Source: Candidatus Methylomirabilia bacterium
GTDB lineage: Bacteria; Methylomirabilota; Methylomirabilia; Rokubacteriales; CSP1-6
Direction of reading: 5' to 3'
DNA: 25,957 bases
NCBI GenBank assembly: GCA_041492755.1
Contig: JBGPXN010000061.1
Coordinates: 1-25,957 of the forward strand
Below, one piece after another: positions 17,898 to 25,687 of this stretch. How positions within the stretch are numbered: the first letter of the stretch is position 1; the number at the start of each line of letters is the position of its first letter. The translations under genes were made by a program, and so were the position numbers. The notes beneath the pieces were generated by a model. That model was not told the DNA's origin. It did no database searches and saw nothing but the letters and a program-made list of their open reading frames with translations.

Positions 17898-18266
17898 TCA
17901 CGGCCGGGCGCTCCGCTGGTCACGACCGGCGGCCATTACGCCGTGTCCACGTCCCCGCCCGTCTCGAGCTTCGAGAGGCTGGTGGCGCAGCCATGCCTGG
18001 CCGCCGTCGGCGTTCGTGAGCCCGGCGAGCACGTCCGCAAGGCTCTCGACCAGCTCGCGGAGCTTGTCGGGCAGCGCCTGGTCGTAGCCGCACAGGCGCG
18101 CGACGTAGCGCTCGCGCTCGTCGTTGGGCAGGTCGGCCAGCGACGGCATCACCAGCTGCAGCCACTCGTCGACCGATTTCAGATCGGCGATGAGGTCGGT
18201 GCCGCGATTGATGGTGGCGGTGAGCCGGGCGCGCAGGCGCTCCAGGCGGTCGGACGTTGGCGGCAT
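17898..18266 (-). CDS. hypothetical helical protein (122 aa)
   Basis: GAGGAG SD then ATG 18266; protein-like composition SDRLERLRARLTATINRG... Confidence 0.6.
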   Translation of the reverse strand: MPPTSDRLERLRARLTATINRGTDLIADLKSVDEWLQLVMPSLADLPNDERERYVARLCGYDQALPDKLRELVESLADVLAGLTNADGGQAWLRHQPLEARDGRGRGHGVMAAGRDQRSARP

Positions 18267-18280
18267 GATGGGGTCGCTCC

Positions 18281-19064
18281 TCAGCGCGATTCGATGGGAT
18301 GGCGCTCCTGCGGCATCCGACCGAGGATGATCTCGACGACCTCCGCCGGTCGCTCGACGTGCAGGAAGTGGCTCGCGCCCTCGATCGTATCGACGGGACA
18401 GCCGGCCGCGGTCAACCGGCGCACGTCCTCGTCGCTCACGTACGTGGACAGCCCGGCGCACGCAGTGCAACGAGTAGGCGTGCGGCTCTTCCACCGCCGC
18501 CCAGAGATCCTCGCCGGCCGTCCGCTCGCGCAGCGCGGCCAGCGCCGGGCGATCGATGCGCCCGCGATAGACGGAGTCCCCGGGCTCGAGGTTCAGCAGC
18601 AGCCATTCCGTGATCTCGTCGGCAAGACCGGCGGCGCGGAAGTGGCGTCGGAAGGCGTCACGCGACGGTGCTGCGTCCGGCGCCGCGAGCAGGACTTCGA
18701 GGATGCGGCCGGTCTCATGATCGGCCCTGAGCGGCGAAGGCCCGATGTCGAGCAGCGTCGCGTGGGCGATCGCTGCCCGCTCGAGCAGACCGGCGCGCAG
18801 CGCGACGCGGCCGCCGAGCGAGTGGCCCACCAGCGCAAAGGGCTCGGGCAGGCCAAGGCCGCGGGCATCCTCGAAAGCGGCGCGCGCGAGCGTGCCCAGA
18901 TCGGCGCCGGGCGGGAGCGGACGCGCGCCGCCGTGGCCGAGGAGATCGAGCGCGGTGACCGTCAGCGACGGCAACCGCTCCGCGAGGCGCTGCGTGATCG
19001 TCGCCAGGCTCCGGCACCTGCCGCGAAAGCCGTGCAGCAGAACGATGGCGCGAGCGCCGGTCAC
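18281..19064 (-). pseudogene. alpha/beta hydrolase (YbfF-like esterase), frameshifted
   Basis: LLHGF, DLLGHG, GHSLGG nucleophile, LLDIGP; 1-nt frameshift near 18455 separates catalytic His segment (GASHFLHVERP); GTGA coupling to sucB stop. Confidence 0.85.
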
Positions 19065-19705
19065 ACCTCCAGCACCATCCGCGCGGGGTCCTCGAGCTGC
19101 TCCTTGACGCGCACCAGAAACGTCACCGCCTGCTGGCCGTCGACGAGGCGATGGTCGTACGAGAGCGCCACGTACATCATCGGCCGGATCACGACCTGGC
19201 CGGCGACGGCCACCGGACGCTCCTCGATCTTGTGCATGCCGAGGATGCCCGACTGCGGCGGGTTGAGCAGCGGGGTGGACAGCAGGGAGCCGAACACGCC
19301 GCCGTTGGTGATCGTGAACGTGCCGCCGCTCAGGTCGTCGGGCGCCAGCTTGCCGTCGCGCGCGCGCGCCGCCACCGCGCCGATCGCGCGCTCGAGGTCC
19401 GCGAGCGACAGCGCGTCGGCGTCGCGCACGACCGGCGCGACGAGGCCGCGCGGCGTGCTGACCGCGACGCCGAGGTGCACGCGGCGGTGGTAGACGATGT
19501 CGTTGCCGTCGATGCGCGCGTTCACCACGCGGACGTCGCGCAGCGCGATGACCACCGCGCGCGAGAAGAGCGACATGAGGCCGAGGTCCACGCCGTGCTT
19601 GGCGCGGAAGCGCTCGCGGTGCCGCTTGCGCAGAGCGAGGAGCTCGCCGCAGTCGATCTCGTTGAACGTGGTCAGGATCGCGGCCGTGCGCTGCGCCTCC
19701 ACCAG
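19061..19705 (-). pseudogene. sucB: catalytic C-terminal fragment of dihydrolipoamide succinyltransferase E2
   Basis: [65 protein letters not shown]; lipoyl and E3-binding domains absent. Confidence 0.9.
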
Positions 19706-20084
19706 CCCGCCCGCGGCGCGGATGGCCGCGTTCATCTCGGTGAAGTAGTCGTTGAGGTCGCGCAGCACCTCGCGCGGCGGATTGGCCTCGACCCACGGCG
19801 TGAAGTCGCGCAGGTCGCAGAAGAGGATCGTCACCTCGCGCGCCTCGCCTCCCAGCGAGATGCGGCCGGCGAGGATCTCGTCGCGGATCTCGCGCGTCAC
19901 GTACTTGCCGAACGTCTCTTTGACGAAGTCGCGCTCGCGCAGCCCGACCAGCATGCGGTTGAAACCCTCGGCCACGGCGCCGATCTCGTCGTTGGAGACG
20001 ACGGGGCCGCGCGCGTCGAGGTTGCCCCCCTGCCACCTCGGCCATCGAGGCCTCCAGCCGTCGCCGCGGCGCCGCCACGCTGTG
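19700..20084 (-). pseudogene. HAMP + first half of class III adenylate cyclase domain, fused in frame to sucB fragment
   Basis: [17 protein letters not shown] (extra G in G6 run 20025-20030) [51 protein letters not shown]. Confidence 0.85.
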
Positions 20085-20101
20085 CTAGCATCCGCGACGC
20101 T

Positions 20102-20884
20102 ATGGCTCGACGCCGGTTGGCGCTCGGCATCCTGCTGCTGGCCTTCGGTCCGGCCGCCGCGGAGCTGCCGGGCGACATCGACCCCGACCGTCCCGACGCG
20201 ACCAACAGCGCGCGGACCGTGGCGCCGGGCATCGTGCAGGTCGAGGCCGGAGTCACCTACGCGCGCGCGCGACTCGCGGCAAGCCCCGACGAGCGCCGGC
20301 TGAGCGCCGCGGCGACGCTTCGGATCGGCCTCACCGAGCGTCTGGAGGCCCGCATCGACGGCGAGCCCTTCGTGCGCCTCCGCGGTGCGGACGACGACAC
20401 AGGCTCCGGCGACTACGCGTTCGGCGTGAAGTACCGGTTCCTTGACGCGGAGGACGGACGCTGGTGGCCGGCCCTCGGCGTCCTGCCCTTCGTGAAGCCG
20501 CCGATTGCCGACGGCCCGATCGGCTCCGAGCGTCCCGATTTCGGCGTCATCGCGCTCGCTTCGTTCGATCTGCCCGCCGAGCTCGGGCTCGACGTCAACG
20601 CGGGGGCGGTCGCCGTGGGGCAGACGCGGCCCAACGGCTACCTGGTTCAGGCGCTGACCTCCGCCTCGCTGAGTCGGCGATTCGGGGCGGCGAGCCTCTT
20701 CGTGGAGGTCGCGTTCGCCTCGCGCGCCGAGCGCGACGGCCGCGACACGCTCGCCGCCCAGACCGGCGTGGTATACGTGCTCGCCCCCTGGCTCGCCCTC
20801 GACGCCGCCGCCGGGACCTCGTTGCTCGGCCCGGCGCCCGACGTCACCGTCCGAGCAGGCCTGAGCGCGCGCTTCGGCCGCTGA
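20102..20884 (+). CDS. outer-membrane beta-barrel 'transporter' (Phenol_MetA_deg/SphA-like family)
   Basis: signal peptide; [45 protein letters not shown]-terminal GLSARF. Confidence 0.8.
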   Translation: MARRRLALGILLLAFGPAAAELPGDIDPDRPDATNSARTVAPGIVQVEAGVTYARARLAASPDERRLSAAATLRIGLTERLEARIDGEPFVRLRGADDDTGSGDYAFGVKYRFLDAEDGRWWPALGVLPFVKPPIADGPIGSERPDFGVIALASFDLPAELGLDVNAGAVAVGQTRPNGYLVQALTSASLSRRFGAASLFVEVAFASRAERDGRDTLAAQTGVVYVLAPWLALDAAAGTSLLGPAPDVTVRAGLSARFGR

Positions 20885-20889
20885 GAGCC

Positions 20890-20978
20890 TCGGAGGGGGG
20901 CTCTGCCCCCCTTCCGACGGACGGCGCGAGCCTGACGGCTCGCGCTCGTCCTGCCTCCCGCGAAGAAAGGATTGCGCC
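20890..20978. repeat. REP-like multi-hairpin element, truncated at thiolase junction
   Basis: TCGGAGGGGGGC/GCCCCCCTTCCGA stem and perfect 9-bp GCGCGAGCC(20924-32)/GGCTCGCGC(20937-45) stem directly after a stop codon. Confidence 0.6.
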
Positions 20979-21462
20979 GCCGCGCTCGCGACCGCGGGGG
21001 ACGAGGCGACCGAGATGCGGACGGGCCTCACCTTCCCGGGCGCCTTCGACATCGTCATGCGCGAGCACATGGTGCGCTGGGGGACCACGCGGGAGCAGAT
21101 CGGTCTGGTCTCGGTCAAGAACCACGACTTCGGCGCCGCCAATCCCAAGGCGCAGTTCCGTAAGCCGGTGACGCTGGACGAGGTGTTCGCCTCGCGACTC
21201 ATCGCCGACCCCATCCGGCTGTTCGATTGCCCGCTCATCTCCGACGGCGCCGACGCCGCGGTGCTCTGCCCCGCCGAGTGGGCGCGCGATTTCGGCGCCA
21301 AGCCGGTCCGGGTCCTCGGCACCGGCCACGGCGGCGCTCTGGGAGAGCGCCGACATCACGTCGTTCCTCGCGACGGTCGCCCCGTCGCGCGAGGCCTATG
21401 CGCAGGCGGGCATCACCGCGGCGGACGTGGACGTCGCCGAGGTCCACGACTGCTTCACGATC
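20976..21462 (+). pseudogene. internal fragment of thiolase (SCP-x/archaeal-like type) with two frameshifts
   Basis: [43 protein letters not shown]; shifted segments [10 protein letters not shown] and REAYAQAGITAADVDVAEVHDCFTI. Confidence 0.85.
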
Positions 21463-21464
21463 TG

Positions 21465-21650
21465 ATGCTCGACGACAAGCGCTGCGCGGAGTGTCGTCGG
21501 TTGGGCGTCGGCACGGGCGCCTGCCCGTTCTGCGGCAGCGCGAGCGGCACGGTGGAGCGCCTGTCCAGGCGCGCGCGGCTGCTCTCGTGAACGGTGATCC
21601 GCGTCGCGCCCGGCCGGTACACGGCGGAAGCGCCCTATGCGGTCGGCATC
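21465..21650 (+). pseudogene. DUF35 (Zn-ribbon/OB-fold, ChsH2-like) N-terminal fragment with in-frame stop
   Basis: RCAEC..CPFCGS..LS.RARLLS*TVIRVAP..PYAVGI; TGA where TGG (W) is expected; typical thiolase partner. Confidence 0.75.
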
Positions 21651-21711
21651 ACGTCGGAGGGAGTCTAACAACACCTCCGCCGCGTCCATGGCGCCCTTCA
21701 CCATCGCCTGC

Positions 21712-22197
21712 TCAGGTCGCCGGGCGCTCGATCCGGCGCTGGAGGTAGCGACGAACCGTCTCGTAGGCGGCCAGAACGTCCGGAATGGCGGCGTACGCCT
21801 CGTTCAGGTTCCGGGCCTGCCGGTCGGGATCGTCGGGATAGACGTGAGCGATCCGGTTGCGGATCGCCACCAGACCCCGAAAACGCTCGGCGGACGGGAG
21901 CGCCCCGAGCCGCTCCATGAGCTCCGACACCTCTCGACGGGCGAGTCGCCGAATGTCCTCGCCGCCGAGGATCGCGACCGACGTGAACAACTCGTCCTGG
22001 ATGGAGTTGACGAGTTGCTCGTAGCGCTTGAGAAACGCGTCGAGATCGTCCTCCACGTCTTCGGGTAGGGTGCCGAGGGTCGCGGGCGACAATGGAAACC
22101 GTGCGGCCAGGGTCCGTTGAGACCGGACGAGGCGTCGGGCGCAGGCCGCGGCCGCTCGGAGCGCCTGGCCGGCGACCGAGGCCTCGTCTGCCGTCAC
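21712..22197 (-). CDS. HEPN-type RNase toxin (HepT-like)
   Basis: RNRIAHVY = Rx4HxY motif; 4-nt overlap with MNT gene. Confidence 0.8.
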   Translation of the reverse strand: MTADEASVAGQALRAAAACARRLVRSQRTLAARFPLSPATLGTLPEDVEDDLDAFLKRYEQLVNSIQDELFTSVAILGGEDIRRLARREVSELMERLGALPSAERFRGLVAIRNRIAHVYPDDPDRQARNLNEAYAAIPDVLAAYETVRRYLQRRIERPAT

Positions 22198-22490
22198 AGG
22201 AGAACGCCGTCGCGGAGGGCGATTCGCTCGATCGGCGTGAGGGGCGCGTCGCGCTCGTGGAGGATGATGTCAACACGCAGATCCTCGACGACGGGCTCGA
22301 TCAAATCCCGCAGCCGTTGTTCGGCCGCGATCGTGGCCTGGCCGCGGTCGACCTCGACGAAGAGGTCGACGTCGCCGCCTCGGAGATCGTCGCGGACCCG
22401 CGACCCGAAGAGGCGGACCGTCGCTCTCGGGCCGAAGACGTCGCGGACGGCGGCCCGGATCACCTCGGTCTCGTCGGATCGAAGCCGCAT
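22194..22490 (-). CDS. minimal nucleotidyltransferase antitoxin (MntA-like)
   Basis: LFGSRVRDDLRGGDVDLFVE, VDII; TACACT -10 box 7 nt upstream of ATG (leaderless-like). Confidence 0.88.
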   Translation of the reverse strand: MRLRSDETEVIRAAVRDVFGPRATVRLFGSRVRDDLRGGDVDLFVEVDRGQATIAAEQRLRDLIEPVVEDLRVDIILHERDAPLTPIERIALRDGVLL

Positions 22491-22510
22491 GGACGCGAGT
22501 GTACCCCCCA

Positions 22511-24184
22511 CTAAAACAGTCCGACGACGTTGCCGTCGGCGTCGATGTCGATGCTCTCGGCGGCGGGGTGCTCGGGCAGTCCGGGCATGGTCAGGATGTC
22601 GCCCGCGTAGGCGACGACGAACCCGGCGCCGGCCGAGAGCTTCACGTCGCGCACGGTCAGCGTGAAATCGCGCGGCCGGCCGAGCCGCTTGGGGTCGTCG
22701 GACAGTGAGTTCTGCGTCTTGGCCATGCAGATCGGCAGCCGGCCGAAACCGAGTCGAGCGTAGCGCGCGAGCTTCGCCGCCGCGGCGGGCAGGATGCTGA
22801 CGCCGGCGCCTCCATACACCTTGGTCACGATCGTTTCGATCTTCCCCTCGAGGGACAGCTCGTCGTCGTAGAGATAGTGGAACGCGCTCGGGCCCGCGCT
22901 CATCACGCCGAGCACCGCCTCGGCCACCGCTTCCCCGCCCTTGCCGCCCATCTCCCAGACGCGGGACAGGCGCGCGGGCACGCCCAGCTTCTCGCAGGCC
23001 TCGAGCACCGTCTGCACCTCGCGCTCGGTGTCCTCGCTGAAATGGTTCAGGGCGACGACGACCGGGATGCCGAAGTTCCGCACGTTCCGCACGTGATGCT
23101 CGAGGTTCGCCAGTCCCCGGCCAACGGCGTCGGCGTCCTCGCGGCCGAGGTCGGCCGGCCGCGCGCCCCCGTGCAGCTTCAGCGCGCGGACCGTCGCGAC
23201 GACGACGGCCGCGGCCGGGACGAGTCCGCCCACGCGGCACTTGATGTCGAAGAACTTCTCGGCGCCGAGGTCGGTGGCGAAACCCGCCTCGGTCACGACG
23301 ACGTCGGCGAGCTTGAGCGCGAGCCGCGTGGCCATCAGGCTGTTGCACCCGTGGGCGATGTTGCCGAACGGACCGCCGTGCACGAACGCCGGCGTGTGCT
23401 CGAGGGTCTGGACGAGGTTGGGCTTGATGGCGTCGCGCAGCAGGACGGTCACGGCGCCGGCGGCGCCGAGATCGCCCGCCGTCACCAGCTCGCCGTCGGT
23501 GGTCTCGCCGACCACGCTGCGGGCCACGCGCTCGCGCAGGTCGTGGAGGTCGCGGGCCAGGCAGAGAATGGCCATGAGCTCGGAGGCGACGGTGATCTCG
23601 TACCCGGACTCGCGGGGCACGCCGTGGACCGGTCCGCCCAGCCCGATCACGATATTGCGGAGCGCGCGGTCGTTCATGTCCACCACGCGCTTCCACACCA
23701 CGCGCCGCGCATCGAGCCGCCGCGCGTTGCCCTGGGCGAGATGGTTGTCGAGCATCGCCGCGACGAGATTGTGGGCGGCGCCGATCGCGTGCATGTCGCC
23801 GGTGAAGTGCAGGTTGATATCCTCCATCGGCACGACCTGCGCGTGCCCGCCCCCGGCCGCGCCGCCCTTGCGGCCGAAGCAGGGCCCCAGCGACGGCTCG
23901 CGGAGGGCGACGATGGCGCGCCGGCCGAGGCGCCGGAACGCGTCGCCCAGCCCGACCGTCGTGGTCGACTTGCCCTCGCCCGCCGGCGTCGGCGTCATGG
24001 CCGTCACGAGCACCAGGCGGCCGTCCGGCCGATCGGCGAGCCGCGCGAGCGCGTCCAATCGCACCTTGGCCTTGTACGCGCCATACGGTTCGACGTGGGC
24101 GGGATCGAGGCCGAGGTCGGCGGCGACGTCGGTGATGGGGCGAAGCTGCACACTGCGCGCGATGTCGATGTCGGAACGTCCCAT
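22511..24184 (-). CDS. fhs: formate--tetrahydrofolate ligase
   Basis: [79 protein letters not shown]. Confidence 0.97.
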   Translation of the reverse strand: MGRSDIDIARSVQLRPITDVAADLGLDPAHVEPYGAYKAKVRLDALARLADRPDGRLVLVTAMTPTPAGEGKSTTTVGLGDAFRRLGRRAIVALREPSLGPCFGRKGGAAGGGHAQVVPMEDINLHFTGDMHAIGAAHNLVAAMLDNHLAQGNARRLDARRVVWKRVVDMNDRALRNIVIGLGGPVHGVPRESGYEITVASELMAILCLARDLHDLRERVARSVVGETTDGELVTAGDLGAAGAVTVLLRDAIKPNLVQTLEHTPAFVHGGPFGNIAHGCNSLMATRLALKLADVVVTEAGFATDLGAEKFFDIKCRVGGLVPAAAVVVATVRALKLHGGARPADLGREDADAVGRGLANLEHHVRNVRNFGIPVVVALNHFSEDTEREVQTVLEACEKLGVPARLSRVWEMGGKGGEAVAEAVLGVMSAGPSAFHYLYDDELSLEGKIETIVTKVYGGAGVSILPAAAAKLARYARLGFGRLPICMAKTQNSLSDDPKRLGRPRDFTLTVRDVKLSAGAGFVVAYAGDILTMPGLPEHPAAESIDIDADGNVVGLF

Positions 24185-24281
24185 AATGGGCCGCATCATA
24201 CCCCGGCTCTTCGGTGAGTCACCCGGATGCTTGCCGGAGAGCCTCGACTCGTCCTACTCTCACCGGGCGAAGGAGGACGCG

Positions 24282-25361
24282 ATGAGCCAGGATCATCATC
24301 ATTCGGACGCCGAGGGCGGTCAGCACGCGAAATCTCACATGCACGACTTCGAGGCCCACGTCCGCGCCGTCGAAGAGGACCTCGAGTACTACCGCGCCAA
24401 GCGTCTCGAGCCCCGGATCGTCTTCATGGTGCGGCGCGGAGTCGTCAGCTTCCACGACCTCCTGCACGCCGGCGCGCGGGTGGAAGCGCCGGCGGCGCCG
24501 TTGCCGGACGCGCCGTCGGAGCTCGAGGCCCGGATCCGGCGGCTCGAGGATGCGCTCGACGAGTACGTGCGGGGGGTCGCCCTCGTGTCGTACGCGGATC
24601 TGCTCGAAGGCGTCGACATGGTGATCGAGGACACGCGCAAGGAGCGCGGTGACTACGACGACGCCCTGCGCTTCAAGAAGAAGCACCACGAGGGCACCCT
24701 GGAGGATCGCGTGGCCGCGCTCGAGGGCGACGTGATCGAATACACGACCGTGCTCCGCGCGTTCACGCGGGCCCTCATCGACCGCGGCATCGTGGACGAG
24801 GCGAAGCTGCGACGGCGCGCGGAAGCGACCCGGCAGCCGAGCGCGTGGAACGGGGCGCGGATCGTCGCCCGCGCGTGGCTCGATCCGGAATTCAAGGCAC
24901 GGCTCATGACCATCGGCCGCGAGGCCGTCCGCGAGCTCGACATCCCACCCGGCCGGGTCGGCAAGCTCGGCGTCGTCGAGAACACGGACGGGGTCCACAA
25001 CGTCATCGTGTGCACGCTGTGCTCCTGCTATCCCTACGACCTGCTGGGGGACACGCCCTATTGGTACAAGACCGACGAGTACCGGAAGCGGATCGTGAGG
25101 GAGCCGCGCCGCACGCTGGCGGAGATGTTCGGGCTCGAGGTGCCGTCGCCAAGAGAGGTTCGCGTCTACGACAGCACGTCCGACGTCCGCTACATGGTCA
25201 TCCCGCGCCGGCCGGCCGGCACCGAGGGGCTGAGCGAAACGGACCTCGCGCGCCTGGTGACGCCGGACAGCCTCATCGGCGCCGGTGAACCGCTGGACCC
25301 GGCGAGCCTGGCCGACGGCCGCGCCCCGGAGAGCGGGCGCCGTCTCTTCGCGCTCTCGTGA
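24282..25361 (+). CDS. cobalt-type nitrile hydratase alpha / thiocyanate hydrolase gamma-like subunit with long repeated N-terminal extension (359 aa)
   Basis: AGGAGG SD; GARIVARAWLDPEFK, VENT, VCTLCSCYP metal motif (Cys244), WYK..YR, EPR, VYDSTSDVRYMVIPRRPAGTEG. Confidence 0.9.
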   Translation: MSQDHHHSDAEGGQHAKSHMHDFEAHVRAVEEDLEYYRAKRLEPRIVFMVRRGVVSFHDLLHAGARVEAPAAPLPDAPSELEARIRRLEDALDEYVRGVALVSYADLLEGVDMVIEDTRKERGDYDDALRFKKKHHEGTLEDRVAALEGDVIEYTTVLRAFTRALIDRGIVDEAKLRRRAEATRQPSAWNGARIVARAWLDPEFKARLMTIGREAVRELDIPPGRVGKLGVVENTDGVHNVIVCTLCSCYPYDLLGDTPYWYKTDEYRKRIVREPRRTLAEMFGLEVPSPREVRVYDSTSDVRYMVIPRRPAGTEGLSETDLARLVTPDSLIGAGEPLDPASLADGRAPESGRRLFALS

Positions 25362-25642
25362 GCGGCCCCACCGTGACGTCGGCCCCTCAGCGGTTCAAGC
25401 TCGGCGACCGCGTGCGGGTCAAGCCGGAGTCGCCCGGTGGGAACCCCCGCACGCCGCAGTACGTGCGGGGCAAGACGGGCGTGGTGACGTTCCTCCACGG
25501 CGTCATGTCGAATCCGCTCGACCATCGCGCGATCTACCCGCCGCTCTATACCGTGGCCTTCGAGGTCAAGGACGTCTTCGGCAGCTCCGCCGACGGCCAG
25601 CTCCGCGTGGACGTGCACGAGGAGTGGCTCGACCCGGCGTGA
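25358..25642 (+). CDS. stand-alone nitrile hydratase beta C-terminal SH3-like domain (thiocyanate hydrolase alpha-like, 94 aa)
   Basis: RFKLGDRVRV..GNPRTPQYVRGKTGVV..HG..PLYTVAF..DVHEEWLDPA; GTGA coupling. Confidence 0.88.
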   Translation: MSGPTVTSAPQRFKLGDRVRVKPESPGGNPRTPQYVRGKTGVVTFLHGVMSNPLDHRAIYPPLYTVAFEVKDVFGSSADGQLRVDVHEEWLDPA

Positions 25643-25687
25643 CGCCATCGGTCACGACGCCCCGGCAGATTCGGCTAGGATGACGGC

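Noticed and set aside
15277..17907. ACGGCCGG near both ends of the lower-GC block as target-site duplication
   Set aside because: 8-bp GC-rich word, expected by chance; boundaries not precisely defined
10232..20978. CRISPR array or integron attC cassette array explaining hairpins and fragments
   Set aside because: No regularly spaced identical repeats, no cas or intI gene, no RYYYAAC/GTTRRRY-bounded sites recognised
17898..21322. Very long ORFs 17898..20078 (726 aa) and 19061..21322 (753 aa) as genuine multidomain proteins
   Set aside because: They are read-throughs of shadow frame plus remnants (antisense of the barrel gene, cyclase, sucB, frameshifted esterase, hypothetical)
21668..21711. 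Possible extra gene remnant (minus strand AMVKGAMDAAEVLL)
   Set aside because: Too short to assign to any family
23241..24281. 706-aa ORF implying a further 347-aa N-terminal extension on the NHase-like protein
   Set aside because: Upstream part is antisense to fhs; the AGGAGG-preceded ATG at 24282 is the credible start
24282..25361. NHLP-type RiPP precursor
   Set aside because: Full CTLCSC metal site and a beta-type partner are present; no Gly-Gly leader/core or RiPP enzymes
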